Origin: Gammaproteobacteria bacterium
GTDB taxonomy: Bacteria > Pseudomonadota > Gammaproteobacteria > JBCCGL01
Assembly (NCBI GenBank): GCA_965277715.1
Contig: OZ255836.1
Location: forward strand, 1,312,001-1,376,000
Length of the DNA stretch: 64,000 nucleotides
Direction: 5' to 3'
A program made the translations under genes and the position numbers. Shown here in pieces: positions 56,076 to 64,000 of this stretch. The stretch's first letter is position 1; each line of letters begins with the position of its first letter. The notes under the pieces are model-generated. The model did no database searches. It saw only the letters and a program-made list of their open reading frames with translations, and was not told the origin of the DNA.

Positions 56076-56381
56076 GCTACCCTCTGACTCTACAACTAGA
56101 ATTCTAGCCTCCCCCTTTGGGCGAGCCACGTGTTCAGTACCTACCGATGCAAAAAATATATCTCCTACATTTAATGTGGTAGATTTTTCAATACCATTCT
56201 CTTGATAAAACATCACAACGATGCCATCTAAAACAACAAATACTTCTTCTCCATCGTTAATGTGCCATTTATAGGGTTGGTCCGTCCAATGCAACTTAGT
56301 CGTAATTCCATTCATATTGGAGATATCTTTTGCACCCCAAGCACGATCAGATTTGAAGTCTTTACTTCTAATTATTTCCAC
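56070..56381 (-). CDS. Integron cassette 5: cupin-domain protein
   Basis: WHINDGEEVFVVLDG...GDIFFASVGTEH cupin motifs; stop codon lies in the attC inverse core. Confidence 0.85.
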   Translation of the reverse strand: MEIIRSKDFKSDRAWGAKDISNMNGITTKLHWTDQPYKWHINDGEEVFVVLDGIVVMFYQENGIEKSTTLNVGDIFFASVGTEHVARPKGEARILVVESEGSV

Positions 56382-56420
56382 TATTCTTCCAGTTGTAGCC
56401 TAAAGCCTAAATTAAAGTAC

Positions 56421-56519
56421 GTATAACACCGCCATAAACGGATGCAGAAGCATCGCGTAGGCAGTCCGGTGGAAGCCACGTTTTTTGTGGCCGGAACGTA
56501 TTTAATGGCCTTGTTACAA
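56421..56519 (-). other. attC site (99 bp) of cassette 4
   Basis: Minus strand TTGTAAC...GTTATAC with internal imperfect palindrome. Confidence 0.88.
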
Positions 56520-56951
56520 GACACTTGCCACGAACTCATATTTACCTATACCTGTTAATGATATTTTAAATTTGTGCTGAGTTAATTCATATGTATGAGT
56601 TGCCTCAAGCTCAACACCATTACATTTCCAGCCTCCAACACAGGCTGGAAGATTGAACGCGTAAAGCGGATTATCGTTTAGCTGTTTAATTTCGATAGTG
56701 CGAATAACTCTAGGCGCTTCCATGTCTGAACCATGTACTACCCACTGTATATAAAGCTTTGATTTGTAGTGCTCGTAGCCGCCACCGGCCACAAGAAAGC
56801 GATAGAAACCTTCTTTTTCTTCGTGTTGCCAAGCACCCCCACTCCACATATGGCGCATATCTGTATTAAGCACTGAGAACTCTTTATCAAGTTTTTCCCA
56901 ACCATGAGCCGAAAAAGATATTAGAGCTATGACGACAAATAAAATTTTCAT
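56514..56951 (-). CDS. Integron cassette 4: secreted hypothetical protein
   Basis: MKILFVVIALISFSAHG signal peptide (start corrected to 56951); bounded by attC sites. Confidence 0.8.
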   Translation of the reverse strand: MKILFVVIALISFSAHGWEKLDKEFSVLNTDMRHMWSGGAWQHEEKEGFYRFLVAGGGYEHYKSKLYIQWVVHGSDMEAPRVIRTIEIKQLNDNPLYAFNLPACVGGWKCNGVELEATHTYELTQHKFKISLTGIGKYEFVASVL

Positions 56952-56957
56952 GGTGCC

Positions 56958-57038
56958 TTGTAACGCCCACATAAAAGGCGAGCGTTAGCGAGTCCAGCCC
57001 ACGCTTTTTGTGGGCGATTTTTAATGTGCTTGTTATGT
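56958..57038 (-). other. attC site (81 bp) of cassette 3
   Basis: Minus strand ACATAAC...GTTACAA, palindromic interior. Confidence 0.88.
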
Positions 57039-57039
57039 T

Positions 57040-57429
57040 TTACTTCCAAAAGTGCCACCATTTTTTATGGCTTATAAAAGCGGCTTTTCTCTCAGTATTT
57101 AAAATTATCTCCCCGCTATCTGACACCACATAATCTGAAACATCAGGGTGTAGCCTTTTCAGTATTTCTTTATTTTTACCTGCATACCTTACGGCATTGA
57201 CACAACAAACTTCTGTTGCTCCGATAGCTTGCTCTATTTCTTCTTGGGTTTTAGGTTGGCGTATGAAATAAGTATCGTAATTATCATCAGTCAACTGAGC
57301 CATTAAATCAGGAGCCTCACTTTCTGGCAAATCACAAGCTAAACAATCTCCACACCACTCGCCATTACTATCTTTCGTACCAGTAGTATAAAAATCGCCT
57401 TCTACATTTTTGGGGAATCGATCTAGCAT
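57040..57429 (-). CDS. Integron cassette 3: single-cluster ferredoxin-like protein
   Basis: NVEGDFY...CGDCLAC...EAPDLM...EVCCVNAV; C-terminal KKWWHFWK. Confidence 0.75.
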   Translation of the reverse strand: MLDRFPKNVEGDFYTTGTKDSNGEWCGDCLACDLPESEAPDLMAQLTDDNYDTYFIRQPKTQEEIEQAIGATEVCCVNAVRYAGKNKEILKRLHPDVSDYVVSDSGEIILNTERKAAFISHKKWWHFWK

Positions 57430-57446
57430 ATTCTAGTGCTCAATAA

Positions 57447-57527
57447 ACATAACGCCCAGGTAATGGGCAGATGGAAGCAAAGCTTACAGCTGTCCAGCCG
57501 CAGGCGTCATTGACCGCCTTGTTATGT
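57447..57527 (-). other. attC site (81 bp) of cassette 2
   Basis: Minus strand ACATAAC...GTTATGT. Confidence 0.88.
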
Positions 57528-57531
57528 GATT

Positions 57532-57882
57532 TCACACTGGCCTCCAACAACCCTCTCCTACAGAAGTAGCGGATTTGATATTTTCCGACTGTGGATCAAT
57601 TTCAAGTTTAACCGTGCAGTGCCACGTCTTATTGGGCTCAGTAAAGAGAAATTCTCTGGTTTGGTATTCGATTTCGTAAGTATAAATTTTGTTTCCGCTC
57701 ACAAGTTCTTGAGTATCATTGGGTTCAATGTCACGAAGATAACCTAAACGCCATATGTATGCTTCGTTTACATTCTCTCCTAGAAGCCCCTCCAAATCTT
57801 CATCAAAAGTTGTATAAGCGACAGTCATTATCGAGCAACCCGAGACTAGGAGTGATGCTGCAAGACCTAGCAACTTATTCAA
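57532..57882 (-). CDS. Integron cassette 2: hypothetical lipoprotein
   Basis: TTG start after GAGGA; MNKLLGLAASLLVSGC lipobox. Confidence 0.75.
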   Translation of the reverse strand: MNKLLGLAASLLVSGCSIMTVAYTTFDEDLEGLLGENVNEAYIWRLGYLRDIEPNDTQELVSGNKIYTYEIEYQTREFLFTEPNKTWHCTVKLEIDPQSENIKSATSVGEGCWRPV

Positions 57883-57909
57883 TTCATATTCCTCTGATCT
57901 GAGTCTTTC

Positions 57910-57958
57910 ACATAACGCCGCATTCACCGGCGAAGTCCGGTGCAATGCATTGTTATGC
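57910..57958 (-). other. Very short attC site (49 bp) of cassette 1
   Basis: GCATAAC-AATGC-ATTGCACC-GGACTTCGCC-GGTGAAT-GCGGC-GTTATGT. Confidence 0.85.
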
Positions 57959-57967
57959 GATTGGCTA

Positions 57968-58870
57968 TCACCATCCCATATGATAATAAGCCCATATGCG
58001 CTCAATATTCATTGGGAGCCATTCTTTGTAGTATTGCCAGTTTTCATACTTAGGAAGCTTAACGGTTTTTCTTAATGCATCAGGGCTGTGAGTTCCTGAA
58101 TCCATTGCTTTTTTTACAGCTGCCATCAAATCTTCTAAATATATGCGTTGCTCTGCAACAATTGAGGCAGGATCTATTGCAGGTTGATTTTCTGGCCCGT
58201 GGCCCGAGATGACATAGTCAAAATCCATCTGCTCTATTTCTTTCAGTGACCTTACCCACTCATCAGGCCAAAAATCGGGCATGCCACGAAAGGCCACTCT
58301 ACGCGGCGTGACAATATCTACCGTAAATAATATCTTCTCTTTCGGAAGCCGCATAACAACCAAGCTTTCACCATGGTTTGGCCCGAAGTAGGATAATTCC
58401 AAAGTTCTACCACCCAGTGTCAATGTGTGTTTGTCTGAAAATGTAATACTTGGCAATGGTATTACTGGACTCGGATGATCGCCCAATTCCTTTAGCAGGT
58501 TTTCATGGCCCACAAATTTTGCACCCTCTGCCTCAAAAATATTCCCACCTGAAATATGATCATGATGATTATGGCTATAAACAACATATTTCACCGGCTT
58601 GTCTGTTACCTTATGAATCTCGTTTCGTAATAATTTTGCCGCCTTGGGGTTCATTGGGTCGGTAACAATAACTCCCTCATCAGTGACAAGAAAAATATTT
58701 CGATAAACCCACCAGCGAAATACATACAACCCATTACCAATGTTTTTTACGCTATGACCAAAGGCCTTCCCGCCCATGGGCTCTTGTATCGGAAATTTAG
58801 GAGTTGCAGTGGCTAATGTCGAAATTAGCAACCCAGCCACTAACATTGAAAGCATATAAATTTTCTTCAT
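57968..58870 (-). CDS. Integron cassette 1: secreted MBL-fold metallo-hydrolase
   Basis: Signal peptide; YSHNHHDH, GPNH, FTVD, ISGHG. Confidence 0.88.
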   Translation of the reverse strand: MKKIYMLSMLVAGLLISTLATATPKFPIQEPMGGKAFGHSVKNIGNGLYVFRWWVYRNIFLVTDEGVIVTDPMNPKAAKLLRNEIHKVTDKPVKYVVYSHNHHDHISGGNIFEAEGAKFVGHENLLKELGDHPSPVIPLPSITFSDKHTLTLGGRTLELSYFGPNHGESLVVMRLPKEKILFTVDIVTPRRVAFRGMPDFWPDEWVRSLKEIEQMDFDYVISGHGPENQPAIDPASIVAEQRIYLEDLMAAVKKAMDSGTHSPDALRKTVKLPKYENWQYYKEWLPMNIERIWAYYHMGW

Positions 58871-58914
58871 TCATTTCTCCAATTCAATTATTAGTACGAT
58901 TCACAACTTATTTT

Positions 58915-58954
58915 GCATAACAGCCTGTTATCGAGGAATGAATCCTCGATAACA
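58915..58954 (-). other. attI site
   Basis: Minus strand CGATAAC-AGGCT-GTTATGC simple site; GTTATGC complements the cassette 1 R'' box GCATAAC; lies between the array and intI. Confidence 0.75.
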
Positions 58955-59136
58955 ATATTATGTGGAATCGCGATAATTTCGCGAGACTGAGTTCATAAAG
59001 ACACACTAAAATATTGATTAATATGACAAAACCCTACGAAAATCGCAAATAACAGACAAAAAAATGCTGGAACGACTCCCTAAACCTTTTGTTTCGTATT
59101 GTCATATAACACTCTCTGCTTTACAAGGATTTATAC

Positions 59137-59463
59137 GTGTACAAGTCGCCCTTTTTGCAGTCTATTTACGAGTTCATGTTGGTGCGGCATTACAGTAAGC
59201 GCACAATCTCGGCTTATATCACCTGGATTCGTTCCTATATTCGTTTCCACCACAACCGACACCCTCAGGAAATGGGAGAGCAAGATGTCGTCCGTTTTTT
59301 GTCGCACTTGGCCATCAACCGCACGGTTGCTATTGCCACGCAGCAGGTGGCGCTGAATGCGCGGGCATTTTTGTACAACCGCTTTCTCGAACAGCCTTTG
59401 GGAGAAATGGTGGAATTTAAACGTGCAAGTCACCAGGCAAAACTGCCCGTGGTGCTTACACAA
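59137..59463 (+). pseudogene. intI: Integron integrase, N-terminal domain only (catalytic domain deleted)
   Basis: KSPFLQSIYEFMLVRHYSKRTISAYITWIRSYIRFH..RHP.EMG...FLSHLA...TQQVALNA..FLY...KLPVVLT; divergent from the cassette array. Confidence 0.9.
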
Positions 59464-59764
59464 GTTGTTCGTGTTCTGTTATTCGATTTCTTGCTATTTC
59501 AAGCAGCTTCCCAAATATAAAACCTAAAAAAAACATATAAATTAAACACACAAAATAGAAGATAAAAATAGAAATAAGAGCAGTTAAGCCACCTCCATGA
59601 CTAGGAGCATGTTGAACAAGAAAAGGTTCGATCATAGTTATAATTGGAGTGTGAATAAAACTCCAACAGTCCAGTAAATAGAAAATATAATTATGCGATT
59701 CATTAACTGTTGAAGAAAACAAAAAAACCAACCCAATTACAATAAAATCTATACTAAAAAAAAT
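59456..59764 (-). pseudogene. AT-rich membrane-protein fragment, probable 3' part of the toxin immunity gene
   Basis: IFFSIDFIVIGLVFLF...LISIFIFYFVCLIYMFFLGFIFG; starts exactly at the ISL3 end. Confidence 0.6.
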
Positions 59765-60083
59765 GGTTCTTCCCCGATTATTGTGAAGCCACTGGTTCCC
59801 TATCCAGCTTTCCGCAGTAAAACAAAATACTCCGCCAGTAGCTTTCAAACGAACGAAATCCTCTTGCATTCGATTTGACTGCCTGAATTTTTGAATTCAA
59901 ACCCTCTGACACGGCATTACTTATGGCGTGTTTAAACCATGTCAAAATGTTCGGCAAGTGCGTTTTTATCATCTTTGCCACTTTCTTTATGCTGTCCAAT
60001 CGGCACCGACTTGCCCACGCATACCATGCGCTAAAGAAACGCTTTACCCAGCCCGCTGTCTTATACGTCCAAAAATCACGAAA
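59765..60083 (-). mobile_element. ISL3 right-end fragment, inverted relative to 54541-55836
   Basis: GGTTCTTCCCCGATTATTGTGAAGCC...; transposase C-terminus; has CGA where the other copy has TGA. Confidence 0.9.
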
Positions 60084-60091
60084 GTATTAAG

Positions 60092-60665
60092 GTAAGCGCC
60101 CTTAAATCAGCCTCTATTCCAACGCAATGTCCAAAACGACATTCCAAGGCAGCAAGCTCTATCTTCTCTAAAGTATCGGCGCCACCGATATGGTTAAGGA
60201 CGTACAGTATGTACACATAGGGTTCAAGCCTATTGGCTTTGGCCGTTTCGACTAATGAGTAACACGTGGCACTGGCATGGGCGCCTCGGGTCGAGTCGGC
60301 AAACAGCCAAGCTTTTCTACCCACAGCAAAAGGTCTGATAGCATTTTCAGCCAACACATTGCTGATGTGTAACCGACCATCATCGCAGTAACCTGTGAGG
60401 GTATGCCATTGATTCAGTGCATAGTCCATAGCGTTGCGTGTAAGAGACTTTTTAGCCACCTGGGTAATATTTTTATCCAGCCATTGTTTGAAGTCTTCCA
60501 ACACAGGTTGGCTGAGTGCTTGGCGACGTGTTTGTTTTGTTGCGGGTTCCAGCGGCTGTATCTTTTTCTCGATGAGGTAGAGCTTGCGGATTTTGCCGAT
60601 GGCGACATCCGCTTTTGACGCATTGAGCTTTTGGATGTTTGCCTTATCGGCGGCTTTAACGGCTG
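60092..60665 (-). mobile_element. IS66-family remnant (frameshifted TnpC C-terminus and right end)
   Basis: YALNQW, DGRLHISNVLAENAIRPFAVGRKAWLF, YSLVETAKAN; GTAAGCG terminus at 60092. Confidence 0.88.
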
Positions 60666-60706
60666 CAATGAATTAGGGCGTTAACGAACGTTAAAAAATG
60701 AGAATT

Positions 60707-60782
<76 letters not shown>

Positions 60783-60844
60783 ACACGTTGGGAGCGCGCA
60801 CTTTAAGTTGCGACCCACCACTTGTCAAGAATGAATAAGCCGGA

Positions 60845-62260
60845 TTATTCCGCCTTTTTTCGACATTCGATAAAATCAATTGCACGGTCAATACGCGCCA
60901 ATACGCGGGTTTTACCCAGTAGTTCCAATGTCAGGTCAAGCGAAGGGGAGGCAGAGGACCCCGTCACCGCAACCCGCAACGGTGGCCCCACTTTACCGAT
61001 TTTTGACTGTAGTTGATCGATAACCTGTAGCAAAACGCTTTCGATAATATCGCAAGACCAATTCTGCACGCCGGCAAACGCTACACGCAATGCCTGCAGC
61101 GTATCCAAAGCGACCGGCCTAAGTTGTTTCCTGGCGGCCTTTTCATCGTATTGATCAAAATCCTGGAAAAAATACCGGCTCTGTTCAGCCATCTGTACAA
61201 TGGTATCCACCCGCTCAGACATGACCGCGACCAGTTGATGCAGATCAGGGCCATTACTTATGTCAATACCACGCCGTGTCAGTTGCTCAGCAAGCGCTTT
61301 TTCCACAACACCGCCTTGATTGGCCTGCAGGTAGTGCCGATTAACCCAGTTGAGTTTTTCCACATTGAACATAGCCCCAGACTTATTGACATTTTCCAGC
61401 GTAAACAAAGTGCTCAGCCCCGATAAATCAAACAACTCCTGATCGCCGTGTGACCATCCCAGGCGAGCCAGATAATTCAGCAATGCACCCGGCAGATAGC
61501 CCGATTCACAGTATTGCATAACACTGACAGCACCGTGCCGTTTTGACATACGCTTACCATCATCACCCAGAATCATCGGCAAGTGTGCATAGACAGGCAC
61601 AGGCATCCCCAAGGCATTGAGAATATGGATCTGCCGCGATGTGTTGTTAATATGATCCTCACCGCGAATCACATGGGTAATAGCCATATCACTGTCATCA
61701 ACCACCACACAAAAATTGTAGGTTGGCGTGCCATCGGAGCGGGCAATGATAAGATCATCCAGCTCGGTATTATCAACAATAATTTTTCCATACACGAGGT
61801 CATTGATAATCACCTGCCCCTGTTGTGGTGTTTTAAAACGCACGACCGGATCAACACCGGCGGGGGGTGAGTCGCGGCGATCACGCCAGTAACCGTTGTA
61901 ACGCGGCTTTTCCTTACGGGCCATTTGTTCCGCTCGCATAGCCTCCAACTCCTCCCTGCTGGAATAGCAGTAGTAGGCTTTACCTTCATCCAGCAGTTGC
62001 TGAATCACAGTCTTATAACGGTCAAGCCGTTGTGTCTGGAAAAACGGCCCTTCATCGTAATCCAGACCCAGCCAGGCCATGCCGTCGAGTATCGCCTGCA
62101 CAGATTCATCGGTGGAACGCTCCCGGTCAGTATCTTCGATACGAAGTACAAACGTACCCCCCATTTTCCGTGCGTATAGCCATGAAAATAACGCTGTGCG
62201 GGCGCCACCAATATGCAGGTAACCGGTGGGGCTTGGGGCAAAACGGGTTTTAACTCTCAT
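60845..62260 (-). CDS. gltX: Glutamate--tRNA ligase
   Basis: RFAPSPTGYLHIGG, RIEDTD, IRGEDH, KRMSKR. Confidence 0.98.
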   Translation of the reverse strand: MRVKTRFAPSPTGYLHIGGARTALFSWLYARKMGGTFVLRIEDTDRERSTDESVQAILDGMAWLGLDYDEGPFFQTQRLDRYKTVIQQLLDEGKAYYCYSSREELEAMRAEQMARKEKPRYNGYWRDRRDSPPAGVDPVVRFKTPQQGQVIINDLVYGKIIVDNTELDDLIIARSDGTPTYNFCVVVDDSDMAITHVIRGEDHINNTSRQIHILNALGMPVPVYAHLPMILGDDGKRMSKRHGAVSVMQYCESGYLPGALLNYLARLGWSHGDQELFDLSGLSTLFTLENVNKSGAMFNVEKLNWVNRHYLQANQGGVVEKALAEQLTRRGIDISNGPDLHQLVAVMSERVDTIVQMAEQSRYFFQDFDQYDEKAARKQLRPVALDTLQALRVAFAGVQNWSCDIIESVLLQVIDQLQSKIGKVGPPLRVAVTGSSASPSLDLTLELLGKTRVLARIDRAIDFIECRKKAE

Positions 62261-62392
62261 AATTATGTACTTTTACAATAACATGCTGGGAATAATTGAC
62301 GTTTTCTGTTAGAAAAGGTATCAGAAAAACTCGTGCGCGATTTGCGCGTGTTTCCGAATGTGTATTGTAACGAAAAACTAAAGTGAAAATCT

Positions 62393-63121
62393 GTGCTTGA
62401 AAAACCTTTAACCTGGCATTCCTCATCCATCAGCCATATAGGGTGTGTGCGTTCCAACAATGAAGATGCCTATCTCGATGCACGTGAGCAAGGTCTTTGG
62501 GCCGTCGCGGATGGCATGGGTGGTTACGCAGCGGGAGACCAGGCCAGCCAGACAGTCGTCGAGAATCTGCTTGAATTTTCACGCCTTGATGATCTCCCAA
62601 GCAATATTGATGACCTTGAAGACCGTGTCCTTAATGCAAACCGCGACTGCCTGAAACGTGCCGGTGGCAAAAAGATGATGGGCAGCACCGTGGCTATATT
62701 GTTCGCCTACGATCCGTTTTGCTTTTTTATCTGGGTGGGTGATAGTCGTATATACCGATTGCGCAATGGCCAGCTCACGCGGGTTAGTGAGGATCATAGC
62801 CTGGTTCAGGAAATGCACGCACTCGGAGAAATCACACTGGATGAAGCCGATGTCCACCCCTCTTCAAATATCATCACACGCGCCATTGGTGTACGCAAAA
62901 ATGTTTTTGTCGATGTGGAATACGCAACCGTCGAGCCTGGAGATCGCTTTATGCTATGTAGCGATGGGCTCTACAAAGACATCCGGGACGATGAGATATG
63001 CGAGATGATGAACACTGAAACCCCCGTCGAACAGGTGACACAAAATATGCTGGAGACAGCCCTGGAGCGCGGCGGTGGTGACAATATCACCATCATTGTA
63101 GTGCAGGCGGAATACATGTAA
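62393..63121 (+). CDS. Second PP2C-family Ser/Thr phosphatase
   Basis: RSNNED, ADGMGG, VGDSR, CSDGL, GGGDNIT. Confidence 0.92.
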   Translation: MLEKPLTWHSSSISHIGCVRSNNEDAYLDAREQGLWAVADGMGGYAAGDQASQTVVENLLEFSRLDDLPSNIDDLEDRVLNANRDCLKRAGGKKMMGSTVAILFAYDPFCFFIWVGDSRIYRLRNGQLTRVSEDHSLVQEMHALGEITLDEADVHPSSNIITRAIGVRKNVFVDVEYATVEPGDRFMLCSDGLYKDIRDDEICEMMNTETPVEQVTQNMLETALERGGGDNITIIVVQAEYM

Positions 63122-63167
63122 CATCCCCTGCCGATAGCATCAATACTACGCCCTAAAGGCTCTACCT

Positions 63168-63464
63168 TTGTCGTCGAAACTACCACCTTCACTGCTTCGC
63201 CAGCACGCCCTGCTGTTTGCACAGGGCAGCATAAAGCCAAAGGATTATCGTGCGAAACGTGCGCAAATTTTGTACAACATCATTGCTATGCACTCACCGA
63301 CCGAATCGGAAAAACAAGAACAGGCCCAGGCACATGAGACTGACAATAGTGCTGATGAAAAGACTATTGAGGAAATGGCACCACCACAACAGGAAACAAC
63401 ACAGCTCGGCGGGCTGGTAGCAAACCTCCGCAACCGGATCACCTCATTCACACGCAAGCCCTGA
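63168..63464 (+). CDS. Small hypothetical protein
   Basis: 98-aa ORF co-oriented with PP2C; acidic low-complexity middle; no recognised motif. Confidence 0.45.
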   Translation: MSSKLPPSLLRQHALLFAQGSIKPKDYRAKRAQILYNIIAMHSPTESEKQEQAQAHETDNSADEKTIEEMAPPQQETTQLGGLVANLRNRITSFTRKP

Positions 63465-63594
63465 CCTTGTACAGACTGGCAACAGGTTAAGAGGCACTTC
63501 ACCTTCTAAAGTAGTAATTACCACCAGAAATAAACGCAATAACGGCTAATGATTATTGGTTTCATGCCGATACTATAGAGGGATCAATATAGGT

Positions 63595-64000
63595 ATGCGA
63601 ACAGTGGCAATCTCCAAAAAAGACTGGAAAGAAAAATACTTTGATGCACTTAAGGACCTCGATGAGCGCGAGCAAAACTGGCGAAAAGTGGAGCATATGC
63701 TACGCAGTGGCATTAACCGGTTGGCCACTCTGTCGCAGGATGCTCACCAGGAACTGGATAAAAACCTGCACGAGATACGCAGAATCTCACATGGAAACAA
63801 CAATATCGATGCACTTGAAAAAGCGCTTACCTCACTGACAGGAAAAACCAATGAAAAGAACAGTAAAACACGTGAAGATACGCTAAGCCAAACAATCCAG
63901 GCCATGAGTAAATTGCTATCAATGGATAGTAAACAATTGGCGGCTATTACGCTTCACTGCCAAAAAAACGATACGCAAAAAGCCTTAAAAGTGCTGGGAA
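63595..64000 (+). CDS. N-terminus of a probable GGDEF diguanylate cyclase, runs off the window
   Basis: Open frame MRTVAISKKDWKEKYFDALKDLDEREQNW...; the WKEKY coiled-coil start resembles gammaproteobacterial DGCs; the GGDEF domain itself is not visible. Confidence 0.5.
   Translation, partial: MRTVAISKKDWKEKYFDALKDLDEREQNWRKVEHMLRSGINRLATLSQDAHQELDKNLHEIRRISHGNNNIDALEKALTSLTGKTNEKNSKTREDTLSQTIQAMSKLLSMDSKQLAAITLHCQKNDTQKALKVLG

Noticed and set aside
56064-58954. CRISPR array
   Set aside because: Repeats are non-identical attC sites separated by whole genes; no cas genes
58960-59140. SOS box in the intI promoter
   Set aside because: No CTGT-N8-ACAG found by eye

Overview
Chromosomal window from a Gammaproteobacterium, probably marine. 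Most of it is housekeeping: csrA-lysC-alaS-recX-recA-pncC, mutS-nadK-recN, fur/bamE/ratA/smpB, dnaQ-rnhA, mltD, cysM, an AapJQMP amino-acid ABC transporter, miaA-mutL-amiC-tsaE, sppA-rluC, rne, argA, ubiX, pckA and gltX, plus tRNA-Ser(GCT) and tRNA-Ala(GGC). The left end carries a probable DHPS-catabolism operon (hpsN plus an SDR gene) behind a strong Fur box and an operator-like palindrome. An approximately 7.4 kb decayed island (53.27-60.67 kb) lies at the tRNA-Ala 3' end. It holds an integron (truncated intI, attI, five cassettes, one attC of only 49 bp), a collapsed Rhs/TcB toxin with an HExxH tip, and ISL3 and IS66 remnants. The toxin's putative immunity gene is split into two oppositely oriented halves, which implies an ISL3-mediated inversion of the integron. 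Other notable items are a secreted Nma111/Deg7-like double-HtrA protease, a tandem-cNMP/rhodanese + PP2C + FHA module, a Fur lacking three ligands of one metal site, and at least two families of small palindromic or MITE-like repeats. All assignments come from reading motifs by eye; no database search was run.
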